From Lingula anatina (lineage: Eukaryota; Animalia; Brachiopoda): a stretch of DNA of 64,000 nucleotides. The translations under genes were made by a program, and so were the position numbers. Location of the stretch: the NCBI GenBank assembly GCA_051362555.1, contig CM120644.1:19180534-19244533 (forward strand), given 5' to 3'. The notes beneath the pieces are model-generated. The model saw only the letters and a list, made by a program, of their open reading frames with translations. It did not search any database and was not told the DNA's origin. Below, piece after piece: positions 35,685-48,938 of this stretch (its first letter is position 1; each line of letters opens with the position of its first letter).

Positions 35685-38600
35685 ACCCACCCTCCCGAGG
35701 TAGACTTTCTTCTTATAGTAACCAAAGGAAATTTTTAAAAAGACTGGGAATTACTCGGTTTTATCCAATTGCGCGAGCAGGAAAGTGAACCCCAACCCGT
35801 GGGTACCAATGAACATGAAAATATTACAACTCATTGCATATTTTTGGCATTTCTTTATTAAGACCAAAACAAAATTCCATTCCATATATGCATGTATATT
35901 TAACCATCTTAAAAAATCAGTTTGTGGGACTACAATTGCGATTCTTTTTAAGTTTTGAAGGTTTAAATATAATGATATAAACAAAGTTATTGATATCCTC
36001 ATTAAAATTCACTAAAAATGTAACAAATTCAATCTATTTGATTTTACAAATAAAACTGTCAACTAAACTCTTTATGTTTGATCTTATGTTTGATATTAAA
36101 GAAAATATTTCGGAAGAGATTTTTTCCTTTAAAAAACAACGCCGGATCCGGTATTCAGTACACCTTTAACATCAGAAAAATCGAGAAGGAAACCTACTCT
36201 GGACTAACATTATCAAATACACATAATGCTATAAATTACCTAGAATTTCACAATTTAACCACATTTAAATGTTTCGGATCCGACGTTGATTTTTTTCTGT
36301 TTCTAACCATACGATATAATAAGAATTATTTCCATAACTAAATACTTAAAATCATGAGCAATTCTACAACTCTTGTGACAAATGTTTTGCAATGAACTGA
36401 ACAAAAATTAATTTCACATAGCACATGTAGAGAGAAAACATTTTTGCACCTACTGATCGATCTAATAACAGAAAGTAAGTTTTTCAAAGTTGAGCCGATT
36501 TTGAAAAATGGTATCAATAATTCTTTCATCTTTACACAGAATCTAGATTCCTTTAAGAGACATCATCTTTCAGTTACATTTTACGAAAGTCATAGTGTAC
36601 ATACTACGAACCTAGACATCAGAAAATTGGTTCATTAACAAGAACAAGCTTATGAAATTAAGTTTTCTAAGCTCTTCTCTGAGCGTTTAAAGTAAAGCAA
36701 AGGCACATACCCCCCCCCCCCCCCCCCCCGGTAGTGAGTGCTGGTCCCATATGTAGCTTATATTTGATTTTCCTAGAAATTTCAACAATAAATCACCAAG
36801 GCATACAATAATCAGAACAGTTAACAGCGATTCGACCCATAAAGTCATTAAATTGAAAAAAAAATAATAAATTAGCAATAAGTCACCAAGGTACACGATA
36901 TCCAGAACAGTTCAAAGCAATAAGATCCATAAAGTCATTTAATTTTCTTAGAAATTTTAACAACAAATCATCAAGGTGCAAGGTATACGGTATCGAAAAC
37001 AGTTTATAGCATTGCGATTCTTAAATTCGTTTATAGCTTCAAAAAAGTCCCTCTCGTATTGAAAATGGACCAAGGCCAATTTTACTTATGGCGGCAAAAA
37101 TTTTGAAATTTACAACTCATCTATTGTAAACCGCACTGGGAAGTAACAGAGTACGGCATATAACAACTTGACTTTTTAAAACTTATATGCATCGTGCTTT
37201 TGTCCTCGGTGTTGGATAAGAGTGTGCTTTGGTGATAAAGGGAAATTGTTGAATTTCTCAGGATGTTATTTTCTAGGTTAAGGTGTAACGCGCATTATAT
37301 GCCTTTCAATTGAAATTAAAACCCATGTTTTTGAAGAGAGTGATATTATTTTATATGCCGAACTAAAAAAATTTAAGAACAAGAAATGAAAAATTGAAGC
37401 CAGCAAAAAATATTATTTAATGTAACATTCCCATTTGTCATTAATTTTTATTGGATAAAAGAACACATTTTTAAAAAGTATAGCCCACAAGACATTAGCA
37501 AAAGCAATATTATTCGATGTAATATTACCAATATGTAAATAAATATAAACTGGACAAATCAGAAGAATATTATCAGCTGTTTTATCTTATAAGAATGAAG
37601 TAATTTTCTTCAATCAACAGCTTAATAATGTTAAAAGCATGGAATGAGGCTATCCAGGTGAGTAATGATGAATGTTCTCTTAAACATCGAAATATTGGAG
37701 GTAAAGGTAAACTATTTCAATATTAAGCTGTTGATTGAAGAAAAATTACTTCACTCTTTACTGGATAGAGGAATATATTTTCTTAAAGATATTTGCAAAC
37801 AAGTTTTATATCTACCTATTTTCCTGCATATACTATCTCTCTCCTTCTCAAAAAGATTGAGAAAAATACACACAAAACGTTTACTCCTACGACTATATCT
37901 ACTAACGCTCAATTAACATGAAGAGCATATGAGATATGAAGAGCTGGCGAAAATGTGGAGGAAGCAAAATGGGGAAAATATTGGGGTATTTCCAAAACTA
38001 AGCATTCAGGCATCAAAAATGAATCACAAATAAGTTATCATCAAATACCTAATATAAATATCTTAAAACGTTGTACTAAATCGGTTGAAACTGATATATT
38101 CGTATACTTAGTATCTGGACCGCCACGCATCCACTCCCTGGTCACTCAGAACTGATGAAGACGTGACATCTCTTTCTGGAGTGTTGGTTACATATGATTC
38201 ATGGGGGAGGAGGCAGGATATTTTGGACACATTGTTTACTCAATTATCATCATTATCTGTTAGGTGAACCTTCATTGACAATTTACTGCAATAAAAAATC
38301 AAAGGATGTATTTGTGTTAGATATATTTCAAAACACTCCATTGATAAAATTAATCTCATACCCTTACACCCCCACAATGAAACATTACGTCACTGGTTAT
38401 GATCAAATGCACATTTTTATCTGAACAGAGTTTAGTATATGTGACCGACCTGAGCGAACTATGACGCCATCTGCTGGAATCAACAGACTAAAACTTTATA
38501 AACTTTAAATCATGTGATCATATCTGAATGTGCGATGATGTAGTCTTCATTTACTTTAACAATGACAAATAAACTTTCGAATAGGCCCTATATGTCTGTG

Positions 38601-39972
38601 TGCGTGCGTGGAACCTGGTCATGATAACGAAGCCGTTTATTAAATTATTCCAGATTTTTACAATTTTGGCCAGTGGCAGGAAAGAAGGGTTGATTAGTTG
38701 GAGAAAAATACCACTAATCCCAGGAAAATTCGTGCAATAATTTAACTCGTCAGCGCAAACGCCGTGAAAATACGCTATGCCTATATTTTGCCGAAGCATT
38801 TCATTCAAATTGATTTATTTTCACTTTGCATCATACAACCAGTTATCAAAACGCACGTCTGTACTGTCTTTCACAAGTTATAACAGTTTTATTCTACCTC
38901 CCCAATATCCTCCTGTCATTTCATGCTGTCAATATTGACATATACAAGATTTCAACATATATCATACATCACATGATTCTTTCACATACGGCACTCGAAT
39001 ATATGTAATGAAAGAAATGAAATTCCACTCGCATCAAATGTTTTTTTCTTCGAGAATTGATATTTCAAATTGTTAAGCCTCCGCCTGGCGTTTGGTAGAA
39101 TACAGAAAAGGTGGTGATTATACAAGAAAGTTTGAAACAAGAGGAGGTGTGTTAATCTGTTAAACTGATTGCATTCAGCAGAGTTGGATTGATCTACATA
39201 GAACGAAATGGAATGAAACCTTAGATTCATTAAAATGTATCTTATTATTATTGTAGTGCTCTTAATATTTATCTAGAACTTCAACCCACTGGGTTATCAA
39301 TATCTTATCAATAAATAAGAAAAATCATTATTATACGGGGTGATATTCTGGCGTCTGTTCTGTCTCAACATGATTGTGACGTCTACCACAGAATTGATGA
39401 TAATGTGCTAGGTGTGACAAGCCGTTGGTCGCTGTTGATTGTAGGCCAAAACAAACAAATTATATTTTTATAAATATGCCGATAAAGATATTTTTAATAC
39501 ACTTCTCTTGGTGCTTTTTGCTCCTCATCTAAGGATCAGAGTACAAGATCATTCTATACAAATGTAGAATTAAGTTGTTCATAAATATCTAAGATGTAGC
39601 ATTACTTGCAAGGTCAACTACCAAAGCGCAAGATGTGCGTTTTTTCTATTTGTGTCCCACGCTAAAATTTTAACGTCATAACGCCAAATATAATCCACAT
39701 ATTTCATGATTTGGCCACTTATTCAATGCCAGATTTAAGGGGTTGGCGTCAACTGGTAAAAGTCAACTGGTAAATTATTGCATTTGGATTGTGTGGAAAA
39801 TAAAAAAATGCAATCTTTCTTGAATTTGTTTTTTTTTTTCTCAATTTCTTTATTATTCGCATAATCTTGTTATCTAAATCTTATTGCCGAATTGATCATT
39901 CAATATGGACATGAAAGTTATGGAAATTTCATAGCAGTTAAATACCACATCCTCGCGATTTAACGTTAGACA

Positions 39973-40014
<42 letters not shown>

Positions 40015-41692
40015 ATCAGCAGAGCCACAGACAAAATGCGAAAAAAAGCATTGGAATATGAGTTATTTATATCTAAAAAAATCAATTTTCCTATTCGCTG
40101 GAACATATTAATAAAAGTGATCTTTACAGTACCTCTCGAGGGGAGGGAGGGGGCGTACACCGGGGCTCTCGTCAAGAAGCCCTTCTCAGCATTCTAGCTG
40201 TTACAAAATTCTTCCGAAGGGCGGGTTGAGCAATGATTTATAATGAGAAGAAAATTGTTATTTTACTTTGGTAGCTTTTGCTAGCTTCAAATATACATTA
40301 TTATTATTTTTTTTAATAAAATAATAAAAATTAAGATAGCTTAGGTGATCATGATTGCCGCTATATGAAATCTCTGATGTGAACATCACTTCCGGACAGC
40401 CTTATATTACTACAGGCAATCTAATTTGCATATAAGAGAAAAATGCATTTTTTTCTGTTTTTGAGTCATGTTCAGTTTTTATTACTTTTGTAAATAACGT
40501 CTCTTTACCCTCACAACTTTCCAATTATTTGATTGACACGCCCTGTTTATGAATTTATTTAAATATAAATTATAAACCTTCATATCACAGGTGTGAATCA
40601 CGCTATCACGTCCAAGTCATAATATTGTTAAACTAGCGCCAATAACTGCAGTGGAGAATGTAGGTCAATTGCCTGTATAATTCTCCCATAGCATTATTGA
40701 TTTTTTTCTGGAGTGGAACATTTTAGGGAGAGGCGGGTGAGAGAGAGGGGTACCCATTGAACTGCAAAATAAAAAGAGAGCGTGGAGCTGTTATAATCAA
40801 AGTCTATTACAATCTTTGAAAAGAGATTAAAAGTAGCACATTTTTGCAGTTTCTCTGTGTAGCACTTTGCAGACAACTTGATAATTCTCTATGCCATCGG
40901 TCTCTCCCTAACGATTTGTTGATCACGTTAACTGTTCAACTCCCGGCAGAAGATGAACCAGCCAACGATAGTTTTGACACGCAGGTGTAGGAGCTGCACC
41001 CTGAACTTCAGATCTTAATAGCAATTAACCCTTGCGGTCTCGAGTAACTGGAAACGACAAGGGTATGTCATAGTAGTGTAGATGTTTGTTTCAAGTTATC
41101 TTTGACACTCAGGGTGAGAAGAATAGGAGCGAAACGGGAGGAGGGGGGGGGGCACTTAACCCTTTCACAACCAACTGCGTCACCCCTGCGCATGGGACGA
41201 ATGCGTTCCGTCAGTCTAACCAGTCAATTTATTTAAGAATCATTCGCTCTGATTATGAATTTTCAAACAAATTATGGTGTATTTGTAATCCATAGGGTAT
41301 ATTTGTAACCCATGAAAGCAACTTTTTTATTTACCCGAGATGCGTCAAACATTCTATTATTTAGCGTGATCCATGACACATAGCAGGAGCCGGGGTGTTT
41401 GCTGGGGGTGGGGGGGGGGGGGCAGTTGATTCCCTCACAATCAACTGCGTCAGCCCTGAGCAAGGGGCGGAAGCGGGGGGGGAGGTGCGTTCCATCAACA
41501 CCAGAGTCCACCGCATCTCTAGTGACCACCCTGGTCCGCAACCCAAGGCCTTCACTTAGTGGTCAGTTGTTAACAAGTCAGGAAGACAGCACTAGGGACA
41601 CTCAGGTAAACTGACCATTAGTGATGGGGTCATCAGTTGGCCACAATACAGAGGTCACTGTCAGCGGGTAATATTTGTACTTTTTTAGATTT

Positions 41693-41858
41693 CAGGGGCG
41701 GATTCAGACCGTCTTCTGGGTCTTCCGGAAGACGGTCACATTTTCAAGTTTAAATTGACGGGTATATAATTTTTTCTAATGGGAGACAATCAAAATTTGA
41801 GGATGAATCAATAAAGATAATTTTGAAGACTCAGTAAATAGCTCTGCATCCGCCCCTG
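41693..41858. mobile_element. MITE with 16-bp TIRs and perfect 5-bp TSD
   Basis: GATTT|CAGGGGCGGATTCAGA ... TCTGCATCCGCCCCTG|GATTT. Confidence 0.88.
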
Positions 41859-43467
41859 GATTTTATATCAATGCTAAGTTTATATATGATATCAATTATT
41901 ACCTATGATCAGACATGAAATTTTGATCAACAGATTTTTGTAGCTAAAAAAGCTAGTTTTTGAGATTTGTATTTTATTTTTCAGAAACCCAAGGGAGTGG
42001 GTTCAACCCCCTGACCCCCCCCCCCCTCTAAATCTGCCACTGGGTTAGCCTATTATATTAACTACTGAATTTTTCATGTTTTGATATTTTGATTCATTGA
42101 CATATATGTTTATTAATTTATTATTATTATTATGCTAAAATTTCTTTTGATGACTACAGTTCAGGATTACTTATGGTTCACTTGTCTGGAACAGCGCAAA
42201 TTTAACATTGATAAAAATTACAAACAGGCTCAAAATACGGACACCGTTGTATGCGTTTGTGTTGGATAATACTACTTACTTGATTTGTGGTCAAAATATT
42301 TACATGTAAATCGCTATGAGAAAATCCAAAAATATTTATAACCAGTGTCATTCATTTAATGTTCACTTGTTGCTTGCTCAGTTACATACTAACGATATGT
42401 GGGGAATCAAACCAAGACAATGGCTTCATGAATTTATTGTCTTATACAAATAAACTTGTTGATTATTCTGATTTTAATCAGAATAATCAACAAGCTTACT
42501 TTACCTCTTTACGGACTACATGTACAATAAAAAGTTATCATGTGAAGTTACAGAAATTGCCTGTGAATTATTAAATGTCTCTGACCCACTGATACAGAAT
42601 GTTAGGTGGAATTGTGTTCAGTTGATAAATTAAAATATTGAAATTGTGCTGACACAGTAGTGACTTGTTGATGGCTGGTCAGAAAACCTGGGAACAGTGA
42701 TAAAACATCGACTTCTTTTAGACGAAGCATATAGTTTTACATCTACAGGGATAATTCCTGTTTTTTTTTTCATTTTACTTTCTTTTTTGAGATTTTAAAC
42801 TCTCAATATCTGACTTGCCTATCTGTCATTGAATCTATTTTTTGAAGTCTGTTATAAGTGCTGTCTTCTATGTCTGGTTTTATCAAATATTCATTTGGAG
42901 TTTGATATTTTGTTGAATAAACAAAAAGATGTTCTTTTACAACTCTTTATTCCCTCTAAATCATAGGATATATAAATTTCATACATTAAAGTGAAATAAT
43001 TTAAATTCTTTTCATCTTGTAAATGTAAATCCTTTGAAAATGAAACACTATTTCATGTTCTGTTTTCAACAATAAAGATAGAAGAGAGGGATTTTCTAGC
43101 ATAATATCCTGTATTTGACCAAGTACAGTTCTTTTATTATAGATGATCTATCATAGATAATGTGTCTGATCATGGAAGATAATGGTTGGAACCTACACAA
43201 TATAAAAGTGATAATTATTGATAAATTGAAGCAGTTACATTTGATTGTTCTTAAGATGTCCAAAAATAGCAAAGTTATAAGGTAAGAGTTTGTTTTCTGT
43301 TTCTGTCATCTGAATATATCATTGAGAGCTGTAGAAAGGATTTTTTATGATTGTTGTGATGACACCTGGCGTGGTCCTTTTTTATGCCAGTAAGTATTTC
43401 ATAGACATCATTGTCAGTAATAATGGTGATGTTCTCTTATTCATTTGTATGATGGGTTATGGCATAA

Positions 43468-43735
43468 GGGGTCATGTCGATACCCCCTGCACCGATACTC
43501 CCCCGCACCGATAATCCCCTTAGTATATCTGTAATTGTGGGGGAGTATCGGTGAGGAGAAGTATTGGTGCAGGATTTTAATTTTTGGTATTATGCACATC
43601 ATTACGACCCCACACCGATACTCCCCCGCACCGATACTTACCCACACCGATACTGCCCCTCAGTATATCTGTAATTGTGGGGGAGTATCGGTGAGGAGAA
43701 GTATTGGTGCAGGGATGTACCAGTGCGTGGGAGGA
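43468..43735. repeat. MITE-like element built of CACCGATAC/GTATCGGTG units, partly duplicated in tandem
   Basis: GGGTC...GACCC ends (43468-43610); internal inverted CACCGATACTCCCC / GGGGAGTATCGGTG; second copy at 43612-43713. Confidence 0.6.
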
Positions 43736-43773
43736 TTGACATGTAACCTGGCATAATTTCCACATTACTTATT

Positions 43774-44961
43774 TCATCCGTCTCCATGAATTCTTTCATG
43801 CACAGTGCAATGGCCTTTTTGAGTAAAAGTTTTGTCACAGAATCTACATTTAAAAGGTTTCTCTCCTGAGTGAATTCTCTCATGATATGTGCAAGAAGTT
43901 TTGTCTTTAAAAGTTTTGTCACAGAATCTGCACTTGTAAGGTTTGTCTCCACTGTGAATTCTTTCATGCTCAGTGCAGTGGCCTTTTTGAGTAAAAGTTT
44001 TGTCACAGAATCTACACTTAAAAGGTTTCTCTCCTGTGTGAATTCTCTCGTGACATACGCAAGATTTTTTGTCTTTAAAAGTTTTGTCACAAAATCTACA
44101 CTTAAATGGTTTCTCTCCTGTGTGAATTCTCTCATGATATATAGAATTTTTTTTGTCTTTAAAAGTTTTGTCACAGAATCTACACTTGAAAGGTCTCTCT
44201 CCAGTATGAATTCTTTCATGCACAATGCAATGGCTTTTTTGAGTAAAAGTTTTGTCACAGAATACACACTTAAAAGGTTTCTCTCCTGTGTGAATTCTCT
44301 CATGATATATACAATTTTTTTTCTCTTTAAAAGTTTTATGACAGAATCCACACTTGTAAGGTTTCTCTCCGGTATGAATTCTTTCATGCACAATGCAATG
44401 GCCTTTTTGAGTAAAAGTTTTGTAACAGAATCTACACTTAAAAGGTCTCTCTCCTATGTGAATCCTCTCATGACATATGCAAGAAGTTTTGTCTTTAAAA
44501 GTTTTGTCACAGAATCTGCACTTGTGAGGTTTGTCTCCAGTATGAATTCTTTCATGCACAGTGCAATGGCCTTTTTGAGTAAAAGTTTTGTCACAGAATC
44601 TACACTTAAAAGGTCTCTCTCCTGTGTGAATTCTCTCATGACATACGCAAGATTTTTTGTCTTTAAAAGTTTTGTCACAGAATCTGCACTTGTAAGGTTT
44701 GTCTCCAGTATGAATTCTTTCATGCACAGTGCAATGGCCTTTATGAATAAAATTCTTGTCACAGAATCTACACTTGTAAGGTCTCTCTTCCGTGCACATT
44801 TTTACTGAATGCTGAAAGAATGTTAATTGGTGGTATAAAAGTCTTGTCACAGAATCTACACTTGTAAGGTTTTTCTCCAGTATAATTATTTTCTTGAATT
44901 TCATGAGATGATTAATCACTGAAAGATTACATGGATTCCCTATTCCAAGGTTTCTTTTCAC
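43774..44961 (-). CDS. Tandem C2H2 zinc-finger exon (12 intact fingers); upstream part frameshifted, so probably a pseudogene
   Basis: 12 x CxxC-x12-HxxxH with TGE(K/R)P-type linkers. A 13th finger (TGEKPYKCRFCDKTF) lies in another frame at ~44820-44885. Confidence 0.9.
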   Translation of the reverse strand: MKRNLGIGNPCNLSVINHLMKFKKIIILEKNLTSVDSVTRLLYHQLTFFQHSVKMCTEERPYKCRFCDKNFIHKGHCTVHERIHTGDKPYKCRFCDKTFKDKKSCVCHERIHTGERPFKCRFCDKTFTQKGHCTVHERIHTGDKPHKCRFCDKTFKDKTSCICHERIHIGERPFKCRFCYKTFTQKGHCIVHERIHTGEKPYKCGFCHKTFKEKKNCIYHERIHTGEKPFKCVFCDKTFTQKSHCIVHERIHTGERPFKCRFCDKTFKDKKNSIYHERIHTGEKPFKCRFCDKTFKDKKSCVCHERIHTGEKPFKCRFCDKTFTQKGHCTEHERIHSGDKPYKCRFCDKTFKDKTSCTYHERIHSGEKPFKCRFCDKTFTQKGHCTVHERIHGDG

Positions 44962-46745
44962 ATAATTCCCCTTTTTTGTTTTTCGTTCCTTTTCCAGACA
45001 GCTCCTGTCTTACATTTTGCTGTGAGCCAGTCGGTCACTTGGATAAGATGTAAGACTTATCAAGGCTTGATATGTCCTTTCCAATACTGTAATTGTGTTC
45101 ACAATTCAACTCTCGGAGCACCATAAGAATATACATTTGGATTCTGTATGAACTTGTTGTCAACATTACCAATGCACCCAGTTTTTGTACTGAGCAATGC
45201 AAGAAGTTGTATTAGGAACCTCCTGTTTAAAATCTTGAATACAGTCATTCTATTGGATGATGTTAACTGCTGGTTACAGTGGACATATCTGATTGGTTGA
45301 AGTCATTTCTCTCCAATACTTCAGATGCCATAATTTAAAGATGTTATCTGCACAATTCCCACTGCATATAATTATCTGTTATTACTTCACTAAGCATTGG
45401 TAAACATGTACCATGACACCATCAAGCTACATCTAGCTTGTTAAAAGACAAGAAGTGACTTTATCAGTTAGTTTGTATTTGTCACACATGTCAGGCTGGT
45501 TCTGTAGATGTTGTGATGAGTCTTTCAGCAACCAGCAGTTTCAAAAGGGGGGTTCTTTTTCTGAAAAAAATGGACCTTTTACCATCCAGTCATTGTGTAC
45601 CTAGATAAAATTTTGCTCAGAGGAAACATTTTCCCAGCAAAAAGAGACTGGCTGTTTAGGTTAAGAAATTTATAAAAAATTTAGTTCAGTTATAGGTATT
45701 AAAACTTTATTCATTAACTCTACCAAGGTATGTTACTTTCAAAAAGGAGTAAGAATGGACTTTTTTTAAAGGGATAATATTTGACAGTTTTTGCATTTAC
45801 TCCACCAAGGCATGTTACTTTCAAAAAGGAGCAAGAATAGACCTTTTTAAAAGGGATAATATTTGACAGTTTTGCTGGCGTTTTGGCCAAAAAGTGAATT
45901 TTCCTGGAGAAAACAACAATTTTCAAATATTTACCAATGGTTAATGAATCCATTTTTACATTCAAAGTGAATCCCTCTTTTTTTTTTTCTAGAAAAGTTT
46001 GTGTTTTTTGGTTATAATCTTTTAAGAGATTATAAGAGAGTATAGCCATCAATGGAGGTCACGTGGTCTAAAGACAAGCTTAAATATCAGAATAATAGCT
46101 ATAACTGCCGTTTTTGTGGTAAAACAATATATTATATTTCTATAAGTTGTTCACAATGTTTTAATTGTGAAATATATAGATCTCATGCGAAGAGATATTA
46201 TCCCTCAATTGTGTGTGCATGTACAATTTTTTTTACTTTTTATGATTGCATTTTTGCCAGCTTTTCTGTTTCAAACATAATTTATCCCTAGTGTTAATTT
46301 TTGTCTCTCAGGGTAGTGTGCCAATAGGCCAGGAAAACACTTTTTGTTGATAGCAGCTGTAATATCAGTGAGCCACCACACCATTAAGACAGAGATGGAA
46401 ACACACCTACAAGGTACCCCAGATAGGTACATGTACATCATGTATGGTTAAGTTAACGGTTTACTCACAGGGAATAGTACCAGTGTTAAATGAACTGTTT
46501 TGTCTAGTTGATAACAACTTAAAATAATGAAAGCTCTCTGACATGAAAGTTTGTACTGATGATCAGAAAACCAACAGTTTGTGAAGAGTGAAAAAACATT
46601 TGTTTCTTTTACCTGTTGTTAAAGGGAACACTTCGATTGCTTTTAGAATTTTTAAAACTCTTTTGCTAATGTTGTTGAAATTTTGGTTGCTGTTTGGTGT
46701 CTGTATATTTGGCAGTTTTGCTGTTGAGTTTATTTTTCCCTTCAG

Positions 46746-47234
46746 AATTTTGGCTCATTTCTTGTGGAAGTAGTAACCAAGGACCAGACATTGTGGGCGG
46801 TTGCGGAGGCTCTGGATGCCATCGTTGATGTGTTTGCAGACATTCATCTGGACCTGTTGTCATGGAGATCAGGGTCACAAACAAACTCCAGACCATATGG
46901 TACCACAGCTAATAGCTAAGGTAAAACTGTTCCCTGTGGTATTTATTTATTTATTTATTTATCAAAACAGTTAAAGACATATCAGGATTTGCATTGGGCA
47001 ATATGAAAAAAGATGCATGTTTTCTAATATACAAATGATTTCTGCAGTTGGGTTAATTTTTTCATTATTTTTTTTACAGTGTAATGATAATCTTTATTTA
47101 GAAACATATTGATGAATTAAAACGATGGATATCTTCTGAAGGAATATTGTAACATATTTCCAGATTCATCAACAGAAGAGAAACCTAGGAGCATATCTTC
47201 CTATCAACATGACAACAAGGACAAATATGATGTA
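46746..47234 (+). pseudogene. HEATR3: HEATR3 (Syo1-like) C-terminal exons, frameshifted and truncated
   Basis: Exon 46746-46920 (NFGSFLVEVVTKDQTLWAVAEALDAIVDVFAD) matches my recollection of the HEATR3 C-terminal motif NIGxFLLEVxTKDxSLxVAxEALDALFDVFAD. The next exon, from 47164, reads IHQQKRNLG...TRTN and is cut off at ~47234. Confidence 0.72.
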
Positions 47235-47271
47235 CTCGTGCAAATGTTAATTTGCCTTTTTTTCCCGATAG

Positions 47272-48938
47272 GTCTATCCGTTCACCACTCAGCAGTCCGG
47301 AGGTTAAGAAAGAAACTTGGATGGACAAAGACAAAGAGAGGCTACTGCCAACTTGTTCGGCATGCTAACAGACCGAAGAGGGTAGACTTCTGTCGACAGG
47401 CCATGGTTGTTGACGACACGTTCGACGACGTGATCTTTACTGGTTTGTAGGAATTCATAACTTTTTAACACAAATCGTATAATTACATTCACACGTTAAC
47501 TGATAACATTTCATTTCAATACACAATCGTCTTAGTTGCTAACGGTCATTTGGCAGGGTTGGTGCACTAGTATTCCCGGAACCAGTAGGTTTATAATGCT
47601 ACACATGGAATTAAAAAGGTTTATAATGCTACACATGGAATTAAAAATATTATTTACTTTTTTTCTTTCAGACGAGTGCACTGTCCAGATGGACTCGAAT
47701 GGAAGATACGTTTTTCGAAGAGTGTTGCGTGACGCAGATGGCAATGACATTAGTGAGCCCCCTCCCTTACGACCGAGACCTAAACATCCATACAAAATTC
47801 ATGTTTGGGCAGGTAAGTTGCAAACCTGAGCACTGTTGTGAAAAGAGCGGTGTCTTAGAAAAGCTGAATAACGCCTGTAAAATTTAATTTGATCACGAAA
47901 CTTTGTGTACATTCTTTCATATTTGTGTACGTTCTTTCATATGCTTTCAGCATTTTTTGAACAGTGATATTATTGCGTGTTTCAATCATGGTAAACAGCC
48001 TAGGAACCAAATTGAAATATTATTATTATTTATTACTAAAACCACCTTAAAAGATGAGTAAAAAAAAATGTGTAAAATAATACAATAAAAACAGTAATTA
48101 AAACGATTTTAAGAGCAGTCCCGCCAACACATATTCTTTTGAGAGTCTGTTCTGATAGCTGGGGCTGTTTACCAAAAATCTCAGCGTATCAACCAGTCCT
48201 GCCGGTGCATGCAGGTCCGGGCCAGCATTCCGGATTCCCGACCCACTCAGACATAAGATCGGATATACTGTACATGTTGTGGTATTTTGCAGGTATTTCC
48301 AAGAGGGGAGCCACTGAAATGGCTATTTTCACTGGCACCATGGATAGCGTGAGGTACCAAGACATCTTAGAAGCTGCCTTTTTGCCATTTATCAGACAGA
48401 GGTAAGGGCGAAATTAGGTAGCCTATATGACGACAATATTTTAGTCCTGGCTTGCATTCTTTTAGGTTCCCACTAGGACATCGATTTTTGCGCTATTTGA
48501 CGACAGCGGAATGCCGCTCACCTGTGCTATCTCACAACTGATCTCTCTATAACCAACGATTTTTGTGTCGTTTATATTCCGACAATATTTAACCCTGGCT
48601 TGCATTCTTTTAGGTTTCCCCGAGGCCATCGCTTCATGCAGGATAACGCACCCATGCATACCAGTCGTGCAACCATGCAGTACTTGAGGGAAAACGGCGT
48701 CAACTGGTTCCGGACTCCACCGGAGAGTCCGGACCTCAACCCAATAGAACTGATGTGGGCTGAGATGAAATATCACATTCGGCACCGAGCGAAGCCAAAG
48801 ACGAAAGAACAGCTGGCGGACGGGATACGGGAATTTTGGCGCACTGTAGACCAAGGTAAGTGCGTCAAATACATTGATCATATTCAAAAGGTTTTGCCCG
48901 AAGTGATACGTCGTGAGGGTAGAGCTTCGGGCTATTAA
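47272..48938 (+). mobile_element. Intron-containing Tc1/IS630-family DD34E transposase, 5'-truncated
   Basis: In-frame exons 47272-47442, 47672-47812, 48293-48401 and 48614-48938. Motifs VIFT|DE, IHVWAGIS..G, MQDNAPMH-...-SPDLNPIE (34 residues between D and E). Possible right end ...ACTG|TA at 49569. Confidence 0.9.

Noticed and set aside
37600-38170. Penelope-like retroelement relic
   Set aside because: Only weak cues (GYP/LP words, CTGATGAAG); too degraded to call.
30400-43400. Numerous 60-125 aa ORFs in the AT-rich middle region
   Set aside because: No domains, no consistent splice structure and biased composition; this is intergenic DNA with old repeat fragments.
43870-44808. 312-aa plus-strand ORF and 251-aa alternative-frame ORF
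   Set aside because: These are antisense or shifted shadows of the repetitive zinc-finger exon.
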